Shown here: in pieces, positions 1-12,116 of the stretch
How positions within the stretch are numbered: position 1 is the stretch's first letter
How the letters are laid out: the number at the start of each line of letters is the position of its first letter
NCBI RefSeq assembly: GCF_964188315.1
Contig: NC_135658.1
Location: 54,126,001-54,190,000, forward strand
Direction of reading: 5' to 3'
DNA: 64,000 nt
Source of the DNA: Podarcis muralis
Lineage: Eukaryota
Notes under the pieces: generated by a model
What the model saw: only the letters and a program-made list of their open reading frames with translations
What the model was told of the DNA's origin: nothing
The model's database searches: none
Translations under genes and position numbers: made by a program

Positions 1-906
1 AGTGATCTACCACACAATAAAGTATAAGTGTGCATGGCTGATGTGAACACAAAGGCACACTTATGTTTACAGGTTACTGGAGTTACCAGATGTGTCTGTA
101 TGTCTACACAAGGGTACACAAGAGCTTTTCTCTTCCATGCTTGCCAAACTACATAACCTGAAAGTGGCCCAGAAAAGATGGGACACCCTGTTTTCTTGTG
201 CAAAAGCACAGCAGCCATTTTGGGTGCTGTGGCAGTGCATGATTTCGCACTTGTGTGGTGCCCCAATTGTGTGGTGCCCCAAAGAATGCATTTTGGGGTG
301 TCATCAAGCACACACACACCCCAGTGTGTATTTTGTTCACTGTGATCTTGTGCAGGTCACATGACTCAAGTGGGAGCATGGGCAGAAAGCTGCAAGTCCC
401 GGTTTGAGGACTTAAGAAGTTGGAGGGTATGAAACTAATGATTTGGGGATCTTTCCTGGTGATGATTGGACACCACAAATGACATAATTATCTCAGAAAG
501 CCCCAATGTTACCTTGCTTATTTTGGGGTGGGGTGGGGGAGGTAGCAATTTAGCTTCCTGTCACAGAGTTGTGGAAGACTCACAAGAGGTGTCTTAGGCA
601 CTTGTTTATTGTTGTAAGTCACTTGGAGCTACTTTTGTAAGAAAAGTAACACAAATGTTTAATAAATAACTATAACAACTTGTGGCCCTTTGGATGTCGT
701 TGGAATGCTATTGACTGTTAGCCATACTAGCAGGGGCTGATGGGAGTTGGAGTCCAACAACATTGTGACACAACAAGTTCCCCACACCTGTGTAGACTGG
801 AGGAATGTGTCTATGTGATTGTTTATAGACTTGATAGGTTTGCTCTGCAAATCAGTCAGTGGCAAACAATGATATATATTTTTTGCAAGTAGCATGAAGG
901 TGAAAC

Positions 907-1087
907 GGCTCATAATCACTTGGCCATCCTGCTCTGCATGCAAAAGTTCAAGGGTTCAGCCCCTGGCATCTGCAGGTAAGGCTGGAAAAGATTCTTGTCT
1001 GGAACCCACAGCAGGCACTGCCAGTCAGAGTAGATGGGCTGAGCTTGCTAGATCAGAGGTCTGGCTTGGTGTAAGGCAACTTCCTAA
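907..1087 (+). mobile_element. Degraded tRNA-headed squamate SINE (Squam2-like; family name from memory)
   Basis: ctgctctgcatgcaaaagttcaagggttcagcccctggcatctgcaggtaaggctgg ... tggcttggtgtaaggcaacttccta; a reverse-orientation relative sits at 48527-48690. Confidence 0.65.
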
Positions 1088-4000
1088 GCTGTCTTGTCCA
1101 GCACAGCACTCACTTCAGTGGCTGCTTGAGGAAAGATGAGCTTCGAAAAGAATAGTTCCTGGATTATACCAATTATAAATGCAGACTCCCAAGCTTTCTC
1201 ACACCGTCGATTTCAGCAGCTGATCGCTTGATTCTGAAGCGACAAATATGAGAGGAAGGGGCTTCAATTATTTCCTTTTTTGTGGGGGGCTAGAAAAGGT
1301 TCTTGTAAATGAGTGATGCAAATACTGGAAACTCGGTTAAAACAACTGGATAACAGATGGCAAAAGGAAAGTGGTTTACAGTAAAGTGTTACAGAGCAAA
1401 AGATCATTTACAAGAAGCAATTACAGAAAGAGCCCTAAGCATCCAAGGTCCCATAAAAAAAAAAAAGGAGCTAGGCTGGGGTGGGAGCACCACTTTAATG
1501 GTAGATTTCCACCCCCTCTTGAGCACACACACAAACACGTACACACATACACACTTTTTTTTTAATCTATTTTGTTTAAACCCCCTCCCCGACACACACT
1601 TCTCTGGATGATCTGCTTGTATTAGAAAGGGGAAAGTTTCACTCGGCTCTAATTCAGTGATGGGAGTGCCATATGCCACTCCTGCACACTGGACATTGGA
1701 GCCATCCTCGTCACTCTGGGATTAGTCAGACTCATGCTCACTTGTTTTTCACAATGAAAGGAGATGAGTATTGCATTGAGAGGGGAATGCAGCTTGAAAC
1801 CATCTAAATAGTAATCATAATAATAGAAAATGCAAGATTTGAGTATGTGTCTTCTAATAATTTTTTTTAAGGATGGCATAAGATCTCCCACCTTTCAAGA
1901 TGCTACATGGCTGACTTGGCAATGATGCCATACATGCCCCTCTCTCCTCCCCTCCTCCTTCGGGTCTCTTATTTCCCTTGAGGTTATGGGTCACCTAAAT
2001 ACCAAGGAACATGATGCCTCCTATAGAGATGTAAATACTTATTACAGAATAAAACCGCTAAGGCAACAGACTTTCTTTGATGTCAATGCAGGGGAGAAAT
2101 TGAGCTGCCAAGTTTTGATGGCGGCGGTGGTTGTGGTGGTCGTAGAGTGTGTTTTGCTTTTCAGTGTTTAGATCATTTTTCAGCCCCCACAGTCTTGTTC
2201 CTTCTGGGCAGATAAAGGTGCTGCTGTTTGACAAAAAGAGTTGCAAGAGCTTGTAAAATAACAACCCTTGTGGGAAAGCCGTCATCAGCACAATGAACTC
2301 TGCTAGACTATTGTCAATATGCTGTAATGCTGAAGGGATTTCTGTTAGTGTGATCATGGGTTACTCTCGTCTGTACAGTACAATGTTCTCAGCTTCAGTG
2401 CTCCCTTCCTGTGCTCTGCTAAACATGTCAGAAAAGAGTAAATACTGAGACATTCCATCTGAAATGTCAATAGTACATTTAGTAGAAATTTTCAACAGCC
2501 CCTAAAATATTGCTAAAAAGAACTAGCAGCTCTTCAAATATTTTTAAGAAAATGGTATGGAAATAAGTATGAGAACTAGAGAGAGGTCAGTGGTGTACAA
2601 CTATGTACACAATTCTCAGAGTTTCCTGTGATGATGGATTAATGGTAAAACCAATCTGAGAACTATAGCTTGGGGAGTGGGAGAATAGGGATCTCCTAAC
2701 AACTCTCAGCACCCTTAACAAACTACAGCTCCCAGAATTCTTTGGGGAAGTTAATGCTTTAATGTATGGTGCGAATGTCACCTCTCAGAGTAATCCCAGG
2801 GGGGTTTGCTGCTTTTTCACTGTAATCAAATGACTCATATAGATTTATAAAGAGAACTTCCGCATGAAAACATGCAGTGAATAATTTCTTCAGAATACAT
2901 TTACATGATATAATTCTGGAGATACATCATGCTGTAGATGTCCATCTTATCTCTAGGGAACATTAAATTACAAATCTTTAGAGGAAATGCTCACAACACA
3001 AATATTACAAGAGTCTTATTGTGGTGAGGTCAACATGTCAAAAATGAGCCGGAATAAAATTTATCTAAGTGTTCATATTGGCAAAGACTGAAGAGGTATA
3101 CATTAATGAAAAGAATATTGTTAACTAGTCAGTGACTGATGTAAAACCACTTTTTTGATCCAGATGTTTATGCTAAAGAATTTCAAAGATTCTGCTCATA
3201 TAAATTTTCTTGCAGCATATTCATTATGATGGTTAGTTATTTAGAATCCAAACATTTATTTTGTATAAAGGAAGCCACCTTAGAATTTCAGTGTCAAATT
3301 GGCAAATTTCCTACCATTGACTACATTTTTTATTCTCTCAACACATTATATTTTAATGTGGATTATATTAACCTTGCTTTAACAAAGCCTTTATGGGGAG
3401 AAATTCACTCTACCTTCTGACCCTACCAGATAAATCTCCATGTGAGCACAATCTGGTAGAGACTAGGGATGAATGAACCTGTTAATTTTGGTACTCCTTG
3501 TTTCTCATTTTTCCACTATTAAATTCAGTTCTCTATATTTCTGCAGCAGCTTGTGAATTTGTTCTTTTGAAATCTTTATGAAAAATTAACTACATTTTAG
3601 TGTTAATTTGCCCTGATACACACATTTTTGTGTGTATACATATTTTTGCAAGCTGAAAATAGGGACATCCCAGGAGCAAATCAGAAGCCAAGATGGCTTT
3701 CATAATTCTTGGACTGTCCCTGGGAAATTGGGACACTTGGCGGATATGTAATATATATCAAAACAATAAGAGAGGAATCCAACCCCAAAAATAATAAACA
3801 CCACAGACGATCCCAGTGCATTCTGCATCCAGTGGCCTAAGGAACTTCCTAAACAAAAAGGGCCCAGCTCTTCTTTTGGAAAGTGTTACAGAGCAGAACA
3901 ACCCTACAAATAAGTGTCATAAAACAGAGTCTCATCTGAAGATCCTAGAGCATGACGGGAAATATTTTAGATTTCATCCAGTGTTCTGTTATAACAATAA

Positions 4001-5749
4001 TTTTATTATTTATACCCTACCCATCTGGCTGGGTTTCCCCAGCCACTCTGGGCAGCTACCAACACATATAAAAACATAAAAAAAAGTCAAATGTTAAAAA
4101 CTTCCCGATACAGAGCTGCCTTCAGATGTCTTCTAAAAGGTGTGTAGTTCTTTATCTCCTGTTGTGTTCCTTGGGGTGACATTCCTTAAATAAAATGGGC
4201 AGCTTCCTTTCCTCCCATTTCAGTCAGCTATGTATATCCCAAATGGTTAATTAATACTAACAAGAGCTAGTAACCATTATTTTTTTTGACAGCTGTTCAC
4301 TTAACCCACTCTGTGTTGGGTAGAAAAAGGTTTAAAATACACTTGTAGTACTGCAAAGGGAGATTCTAGCTATCATGTAATATAAATCAGGTAACCACAT
4401 TTTGAACAGTTGCTCATGGTACACTGGCCTCTTGTTCCTTGCCCTTCAGATTCTCAAATGCAGCTGCTAACATTTTCTCACCCATCTACACTGCCAGGAC
4501 TGCAAGGACTTACTGTTGTTGTTGTAACAGAGTAAATCATAGCTGCTTGTGAAAGATGAATGGGGAGATAGCTGCTGGCTTTAGCAAACCCACTCGCAAG
4601 GGATCTTCGTCTTAGTTAATTTTCTTCTTCTCTGGAAAGTTGTCTTTGCACTGAATGAAACCTTGTTCTTTCCAAATGAAATGAAAGGGTGGTATCTCAT
4701 AAAAGATCAGGCTTTGGGGGAAAGTTATAGCAGGCTGGGTTATTCAGGAAAATATAATTAGTAAATTGGGTTGCTGATCTCTCCGATGTTGTTCCACATC
4801 AACTACGCTACAACATGGTGGATTCGGCAAATGAGCTGACTCGATATTTCTTCCCACATTTCTTGTTGTCAGTCCTGTAGCCCAAGTGGCAAGGCAAGGC
4901 CGTGTTATTTCTGACTCACTTAGCAGCGCTTTTTTTATTTTATTGGCAGCAACACTTGATTACCCTGAACCCTCCAGAAATGTCATCCTAAGGGAAAATC
5001 TGAAGGTATGCAGTAATAAAGTAATGTCCTACACAGTGATGTCCTAAGTTCATAAATATGTACCATGAGCAATACAATAGTTTTTCAATCTGTGACTGAA
5101 AAGTAGAACTGGTAGTTAAAGAAAGAAAATCATTTGACAATATTCCAGGGACTGTGCTGACTTACACCCAAATAAATGTATCTCAGAGCCATAAGTAGAT
5201 GTACGGACAAGATTTATTCCCAGATCATAGTGGCAAGGGCCATATATTTTCTGGGTGTCGCTTCTCAATTTATGTTTTAAAGACAAAAGTGAAATCTGGG
5301 AGGGAGGAATAAAATCAGTTTCTAAATTCTCTTCAGAGAAATGTGCCATGGACAAATATAATACACTATATAAGATACTAGAAACATTTCTGAATTTCAG
5401 TACTTTTGTGCCATTTATGTAATGTATTACATTTCTAATGTTATATTTATTTTTCATGTGTCTTTTTAAAAAATCCAGGTCTTGCTCTCCCATAAGTAAA
5501 ATCTATGCAAATGATATAATCCTGGTTGGTGGTAGGTGATCTCAGGAGAAAGGGCCCAGAAGAAGCCATGGGATGGACCTAGGAGCAAAGTTGAATAGTA
5601 AAGTGTGCTAAAGAATGCAGTTAATGGGTTAATTCTCCATGAGTCAGCAGAGGTGATTCATTCCCCATGATGCACCAGCAGGCATTTTGTAATTTATCTA
5701 TGTTATTGGGGAAATTTGGCAAGTAACTAGGTGTTATAAAAGGGCTCAA

Positions 5750-5960
5750 CAAAACATGTCTTGCTTGTAGTGGTCTCTATAGCCACAGCAGGCACTGTAA
5801 CTCTCCAATGGTTTGACTTCACCCTGGAAGGCACACTCGTCCACTGTCTCCTGAGACAGACAGATGCTAGTGATGGCAAATGGATCAGCCAGGCTGCATA
5901 CAGCACTGCACGTTAATGGCCTGAATCCTATATCATATGGAATGGATGGCATCTGCAGGA
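5750..5960. repeat. Degenerate interspersed repeat fragment (probably LINE-derived, family undetermined)
   Basis: Minus strand reads ...ggagagttacagtgcctgctgtggctatagagaccactacaagcaagacatgttttgttg, which resembles a recurrent squamate repeat as I recall it; no TSD or TIR seen. Confidence 0.35.
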
Positions 5961-6138
5961 GCCTTTCTCTCCTGCAGAGAGTAGTAATCAATAAGGTATA
6001 GAAAGGATGAGATGATATGCTAGGCAAACTGGTCCCAAACTGTATAGAGCCATAAACATCAGTACCAGCATTGATTGGGCAGAAAGAAATTCATTACTCA
6101 AAATCAGAAAACAAACATACTGGAAAATGTGGTTTGCC

Positions 6139-6271
6139 TAAGGTTACCAGATTTTTTTCAATGAATCCGGGGACACTTTTTAACTTCCTACTAAATGGAT
6201 GGATTTTGTCAGGGTACTGATTTGTAAATCTGGGGACTGTCCCCGGGAAATGGGGACGTCTGGTAACCTTA
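6139..6271. mobile_element. hAT-superfamily MITE, 133 bp
   Basis: Perfect 13-bp TIRs taaggttaccaga / tctggtaacctta, flanked by an exact 8-bp TSD ggtttgcc (6131-6138 and 6272-6279). Confidence 0.9.
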
Positions 6272-7061
6272 GGTTTGCCCCTTCTAAATCATGATTCACT
6301 AAGTCTCCAAATCTACTTATGATTGCACAGAAACATGCCTAATGTATCCTCACAAAATTTGCATTTTCATGGTAGGGCAACTGTTCAATGCCAAATCATC
6401 TGCAACCCTTTGGCCAAACCGTATACATTCATGCAAACGAAATGCAGATGTATGAGAGCCAACTGAACAGAAGCTTCACCACTTTAAAGAAGATTTTTTT
6501 CCCCTGCCGAACTATCTTGATTTCTGTATGCAAAACACACATGCAAGAATGATTGTTTCTTTCCCAGTAACACCCATGATGCACTGCAACCATGACATTG
6601 AAACATACCCAGGGCTTGAACGAAAGTGACCCAATATTTAAAAAGACGGATCCTAATTTGAGATTGCCTCTGGCTTAACACTGAACAACAACAAATGTCA
6701 GTAGGAAAGCCTGCCATTCTGGATCTGCAGCCGTAGGTTAAAATATTTCTATCTGTTCAGTATAGCTGAGCCCACGGGTGATACATCTATATTAAATTTA
6801 TTGCTTTATTGCTTTCCCACATGTAGGCAGTGAAAACACCTTTTAAATTTCCGTTCTGTCACTCCTTGAAATAAAGATCTCAGGCGCATAATCTGTTGTC
6901 ATTACAAATGCTGTCTTTCACCACTGTCATTTAGTTTGAAAAGGGTGTAATTTTCATCTCAGATGGTGGTGACTTGTGCATGAAGCAGCTCAGCAGCCTA
7001 CAATTGCCACACATGGACAAAATGGCTTGATAGAGACTCTCCTCCCTGCAAGAGAGGGGAG

Positions 7062-7407
7062 TGGTTGTGGCCGGGAGCCGGACTCCGCCTCAAGCAGGGG
7101 GCGTTTGCCCCCTGCCTCCCACTCACCTGGCTGGCGCCCACGCCCTCGGCCAGGCACCCAACCAGGTGCCTTCAAGGGGGGGCATGTACAGCAGCCTAAA
7201 TTGCTGCGGCGCCAGCCTCCAGCCCTCACTTTTCGTTGTCCCCTCTCTGAGGGGGTGGAGTCAGCTGACGTAATCCAATGCCTAAGCCAATACCTTTTTA
7301 CTTGCTGTAATCAATAAAGTTGTGGCCTTTTCTTGCCCATTAACCTTATATCACGTGTCCTTGTGTTTCATTCCACTGCACGGGGTACGGGTCCTCAAAC
7401 CACAACA
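7062..7407 (+). mobile_element. Probable solo LTR (Gypsy/ERV-like)
   Basis: About 350-bp GC/CpG-rich island. Imperfect inverted ends (ggttgtgg ... ccacaaca), CCAAT motifs, AATAAA near 7314 followed by a GT-rich tract. Clean TSD not found. Confidence 0.5.
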
Positions 7408-7544
7408 ACCCATTGCCAGAGAGCAATGTTTATCATTCTGTTCCTTACTTCAATTTCCATTAGTGAAGAATATGATTATCTGGGGTACTTATTCATGTTT
7501 CCCCCCATACTTTCTATGAACCGGATCTATACAAGTTCTAACTA

Positions 7545-7786
7545 CAGTGGTACCTCGGGTCAAGTACTTAATTCGTTCCAGAGGTCTGTACTTAACCTGA
7601 AACTGTTCTTAACCTGAAGCACCACTTTAGCTAATGGGGCCTCCTGCTGCTGCCGCGCCGCCGGAGCACGATTTCTGTTCTCATCCTGAAGCAAAGTTCT
7701 TAACCTGAGGTAATATTTCTGGGTTAGCAGAGTCTGTAACCTGCAGCGTATGTAACCTGCAGCGTATGTAACCCAAGGTACCACTG
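7545..7786. mobile_element. Tc1/mariner (Tigger/pogo-type) MITE
   Basis: TIRs cagtggtacctc / aaggtaccactg, TA on both sides, internal tandem tgtaacctgcagcgta; same family as 11888-12116 and 12892-13122 but opposite orientation. Confidence 0.9.
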
Positions 7787-8007
7787 TATTGGCATATAAC
7801 GTCCTAAATGACTTGTGACCCAAGTACTTTCCCCACTGCCAACCAACCCGGCTTTACAGTCAGAAGTAGATGTCTTGCACAGATCTTATTCAAATAGAAA
7901 CTTATGGAAAAAGCAAGAGTCTGATTCTGTTCTAGTATGAATATGTGGTGCACTCATTAGGCTGAAATAAATCCCCTTGAATTTGAAAATAAAACCAGCT
8001 CTGCAGC

Positions 8008-8422
8008 TGGGGGTAGAGAGAACTGTCAGTTTCAGTTATTTTTCCAAACTTAAATTCATTCTTTACATTTTGCAGCATTTTGTGCATTTATTGTTTTTAA
8101 TCTTCATGAAAATTAATCAGTGTTTTAGTGCAAATTTGTCCTAACCAGCACATTTTTATATGTAGTTTGACTAAGGTACAAATTTTCACAAGCAATTTAA
8201 TGTATTGAATTGTTTTCACTAACATATTCATTTTTATAAAGACTTTCCATTAATATATACATTTTTGTAAACGTTTGTGGTTTGTAAAACACACAGAAAG
8301 ATTCAGAAAAGTGCAAATTTTGAAGGAGAGCTGTGTCTCGGTTCACACATTGCTTTGGAAAATGAGGATTTGATAGATTGAGCTTCAGATGAGACCTGAA
8401 TTGAATTTCTGCCCCATCCCTA
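8008..8422. mobile_element. Old AT-rich non-autonomous DNA element (MITE-like)
   Basis: Ends tgggggtagagagaa ... ttctgccccatcccta are degenerate inverted repeats; related partial copies start at about 3464 and 11691 (tagggatg...). Confidence 0.6.
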
Positions 8423-8526
8423 CCCATTGTCTAAAAACAAATTAAGAAGGGGGACTACAAACCCTGCAACTGCTTAGCCAAAGGCTTCCAGCAAAATAGT
8501 CAGGGTAAAAATAATAGCTAAACAAG

Positions 8527-9030
8527 TCAGGGGCAGCTGTTTCCCCCCCCCCCTTTATGGCCATTACAGAACCCTGAAACAGCAGCAGCTGGATTAGCAA
8601 CAGCAAGATCTAAGGCATGGATGGGGAACAATTGTGTGGACGTGAGATAGTTGAAAGCCCAGATTCTTGTGCATCGGCAGTACTGCCTTTGAAAAGTGCT
8701 CAGAAACTTCAACTGCTCCTAGGGGCACCACGTGATGTGTCACGTGACATGATGGGCAGGATGCGTAGAGGGCGATCTCTGTGCTTGCTTATGCCAGGCC
8801 CCACGCAAGTCCTGGGCTGCCGGGCTGCCAGATTGCAGCTGGGACGAGTGAAGCAATGATTGCTCGAAGTTGTCCCAGAGTTGTCCCAGGTGGAGGCTGG
8901 GACTTGGGCGTGTGGAGGGCGTCTGGTGGCAGGGGTGGTGGCGGCCCCCCACCCAAAAATATTGGGGGATCTGAAGGTCGCCCCCCCGTCCCTATACCCA
9001 TTGCCGTTGACTGTTCCAAAGAGCTGCAGC
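8527..9030. mobile_element. GC-rich DNA-transposon remnant (hAT-like)
   Basis: Local GC/CpG rise; the end gcccccccacccaaaaatattgggggatctgaaggtcgcc resembles 42730-42800 (gcccccccccaatattttatttggaggagccgaaggg). Confidence 0.45.
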
Positions 9031-9080
9031 CCGACTGCTGAGCCGCACTGGTTATAGGGAGCATACAACTTCTTGTTACA

Positions 9081-9152
9081 ACAGCTCCTTTGGCTACCAG
9101 TCTATTTCCAGGAACAATTCAAAGTTCGGTTATGACCTATAAAGCCCTATAT
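9081..9152 (+). mobile_element. L2 LINE ORF 3' fragment
   Basis: Translates to WLPVYFQEQFKV..TYKAL, the degenerate L2 motif HWLPVxFRAQFKVLVLTYKAL. Confidence 0.7.
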
Positions 9153-9240
9153 CATTTACATTTTATTATAGTTTAATTATTTGTGCTTGTTTCAGTTTCT
9201 GTGAGCCACCCTCTGTCCCAATTTTGGAAGAAAGGCAGGA

Positions 9241-9281
<41 letters not shown>
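9241..9281. repeat. (TAT)n microsatellite
   Basis: About 13 perfect trinucleotide units. Confidence 0.95.
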
Positions 9282-10522
9282 GTTATGGGGATGATTGTCT
9301 GGACCTAGTATGAGAGGAGAGGAGAGGCAAGGTAGTGGAAGGAGAACATAGCCCAAGACTCTTCACCTAAAGTGTGTGTTCCTTAATTTTCAGTACAATT
9401 TCATCATTCAGCTTCTAAAAACTAAATGAAGGCAGGGAAGTGCAAGAGGACTGCCATCTCATACACTTTTGCCTAGCAACCTCTGTACACAGAGGCAAGG
9501 AAACAGATGCTTGAACAGGAAGTCCTCCATCAATTTGCCATTTTGCAACCATGCACGTAGCAGCAGCTCCCTAAAGCCGTTTATAGGAAAGTAAATTTGA
9601 AGCAAAATTAATCTTAGAAATGCTTGTGAAAGGTGAATTGTGGCTTTCTTCCCCATGGAATTTTTTTTTTTTTTAAGAAAAAAGAAAACTCATTGGAGAC
9701 TTAAAGAAGACTTTGGTATGTCTGGATACTAATTGTTTAGTTGTCTAGACAGTGATGATATTATTACCAAGTTATGTAGAGATACTCTCTTTGTCACTGT
9801 TTCCAGTGCTGCCTACATGGATTGCTTCACTCTGTTGACATGTGCAAAAGCTCCCTTGATATTTATTTTTCTCATCTAGGCAGAAATACTGCAGGGTTGT
9901 GTTTCTTGTTTGGTTTTTTTTAAAAAAATTAAAAAATAAAACCCTGCATACAATGAACCATATACTTTGAAACACATCTTGGGATTAAAGACAGGAGAAA
10001 ACTCAGCAGAGGAAAAACAGGTTATGCTGCACTTTCAGGACAATAGTTATTGAATGGAGGATTTGATCCTGTTGTGTGCTGCTTCAGGGCATCGGGAAGA
10101 AGGAAAGGCAGGCATTGAGTAGGAAGAAGAGGTCAGGCAGGAAAGCCACTTATGAAAGAACATGCCATGCCTAAAGCCATCCTTCTTCATCACCTTCTCT
10201 CAGGAGGATGCAACCAGCCCGGTAGGTCCCTACTAGTACCTACCTAGGCCTTTTTGCAGTTTCTTTTACTTCCTGTCCCACCTTCCCTGCTTCCCACCAG
10301 ATACTTGCCTCTCCTTCCTGCAATGGCAGTCCTGGAGTGCTCTGAGTGACCTGGCCTGCAGTGATCTGGGGCTGTCTCCACTCAGGTGAAGTTGTGTTCA
10401 ATGTGAATATCCCGCCCCTGATTAATGAAGCCAGGTTTATTCATTATAAACAGTCCTGCTTTGTTGTTTTGAAACATGCAGAAAATGTCTCTCTGCATTT
10501 CTTTTCATAATAACCAGAAAAC

Positions 10523-11164
10523 TTTCAGCTACTTTCAGCAGCCAGAAGCATCATAGCCAGACACTGGAGAGACCTGTCGGGAGTAAGCATGGACCAATGG
10601 TACCAAATAGTATGGGAAACAGCCTTATTAGAAAAATTAACCAATAAACTGAAACTGACACAGGGACAAACAGAAGAAGACACCTTCACCCCGGTACGGC
10701 TCCTCTTTATCACATACACAGCCCAACAAGACAACGACAAAAACCCACCAACAGCATACAAATCAATATGGCTAACCTGATCCAAAACACCCACCCACCC
10801 CACTCACACATGAAAACAAAGATCACCACAGCCAGCCACAAATGAACAACCACACCCTAGGCCAACCCCAACCTCTCTCACCACCAAAGGAACACAAGCA
10901 AACAACAAAGAACCTGCACAAGCAATGCTGACACCAAACCCTACATATAGAAAGTAAAATAGTAACACCGTCGCCCGACCCCACACCCACCCATCTTTTC
11001 CCCCCTCCACCTCTTTGCCCCTTTTCTTCCCAATGTCTCAACAAATGAAACTGATTTGTAAAAATGTTACATGGTTGGGGGGGGGGGAATACGAGAGAGA
11101 CATTGCAAACACTTTTGTAAAACAAGAAAATCTTTAATTTAAAAAAATGCAAAAAACCCCCAAA
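10523..11164 (+). mobile_element. 5'-truncated L1-clade LINE (ORF2 C-terminus plus 3' UTR)
   Basis: Frame reads QLLSAARSIIARHWRDLSGVSMDQWYQIVWETALLEKLT...stop, typical of squamate L1 ORF2 ends. A-rich tail. Candidate 11-bp TSD aaccagaaaac at 10512-10522 and 11165-11175. Confidence 0.85.
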
Positions 11165-11429
11165 AACCAGAAAACCACACATTGACAACTTTTATTTCTC
11201 GGTTGCAAAGAAGGTTCTCTTGCCTCCCTCAACATCTATAAGTAGGTTCCACAGGACTATAAAGTTACATCCTGTTCAGGGCTTAAGGTCTTCAACTGTT
11301 CATTAGATTTCACTAAACAGTCTTCAAATTTTCATGTGTGATTTTCCTCTTCTTACTTTCATTTCTCCTTTTCTCTTCTGGTTTCCTTCTCCACAACAAG
11401 CACGCAACGTCTGTTGATGTTCAGTAGAG

Positions 11430-11613
11430 CAGTGGTTCCCAATTAGCTAAGTACTGCGGACTCCGTATTTTTCAAAAGCCAAGCCATGAACCCCCTACTT
11501 TTGAAAATTATGATACCTCTATGGCAGTTTTTGTTATGTGAATGGTGCCGTGGACCCCCTGAGTGGGTGATGTGGACCTCCTGGGGTCTGCAGACCACCA
11601 GTTGGAACCTCTG
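11430..11613. mobile_element. hAT (Charlie-type) MITE
   Basis: TIRs cagtggttcccaa / gttggaacctctg; degenerate 8-bp TSD cagtagag vs ctgtagaa. Confidence 0.7.
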
Positions 11614-11887
11614 CTGTAGAATATAGGCATGTGCCTTTGCTAATCCTAAATCACATTGCAGCAGACTGGAATATGTTGCATAGTTGTAAGTAGGGATGGG
11701 GGAGAAAATTGATTCAGTTCACATTTAAAGGAAGACTTACCTAATTTGCATTTCTGAAACAACACGTGAACCAAAAACTCAGCCATCCTAAATTCACACT
11801 CCCCTGAATTTTGCAATTTACTTCTTCAGCCAAATAATGTGAACAAACAGTGTGTGCTAGGGTGAAGTCTGCATATAAATGCATATA

Positions 11888-12116
11888 CAGTGGTACCTCG
11901 GGTTACATACACTTCAGGTTACATACGCTTCAGGTTACAGACTCCACTAACCCAGAAATAGTACCTCAGGTTAAGAACTTTGCTTCAGGATGAGAACAGA
12001 AATCGTGCTCTGGCGGCGCAGTGGCAGGAGGAGGCCCCATTGGCTACAGTGGTGCTTCAGGTTAAGAACAGTTTCAGGTTAAGTACGGACCTCCAGAACG
12101 AATTAAGGTACCACTG
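11888..12116. mobile_element. Tc1/mariner (Tigger-type) MITE
   Basis: cagtggtacctcggg ... aaggtaccactg with TA flanks; appears to interrupt the old element beginning at 11691. Confidence 0.9.

Noticed and set aside
5746-6027. 93-aa minus ORF ending ...ECAFQGEVKPLESYSACCGYRDHYKQDMFC that looks like a Cys-rich C-terminal exon
   Set aside because: No protein match recognised, and the DNA resembles an interspersed repeat.
7560-7823. Similar ORFs containing LQDENRNRA in the ORF track (also 11980-12180)
   Set aside because: Translations of the same non-coding MITE family, not a gene family.
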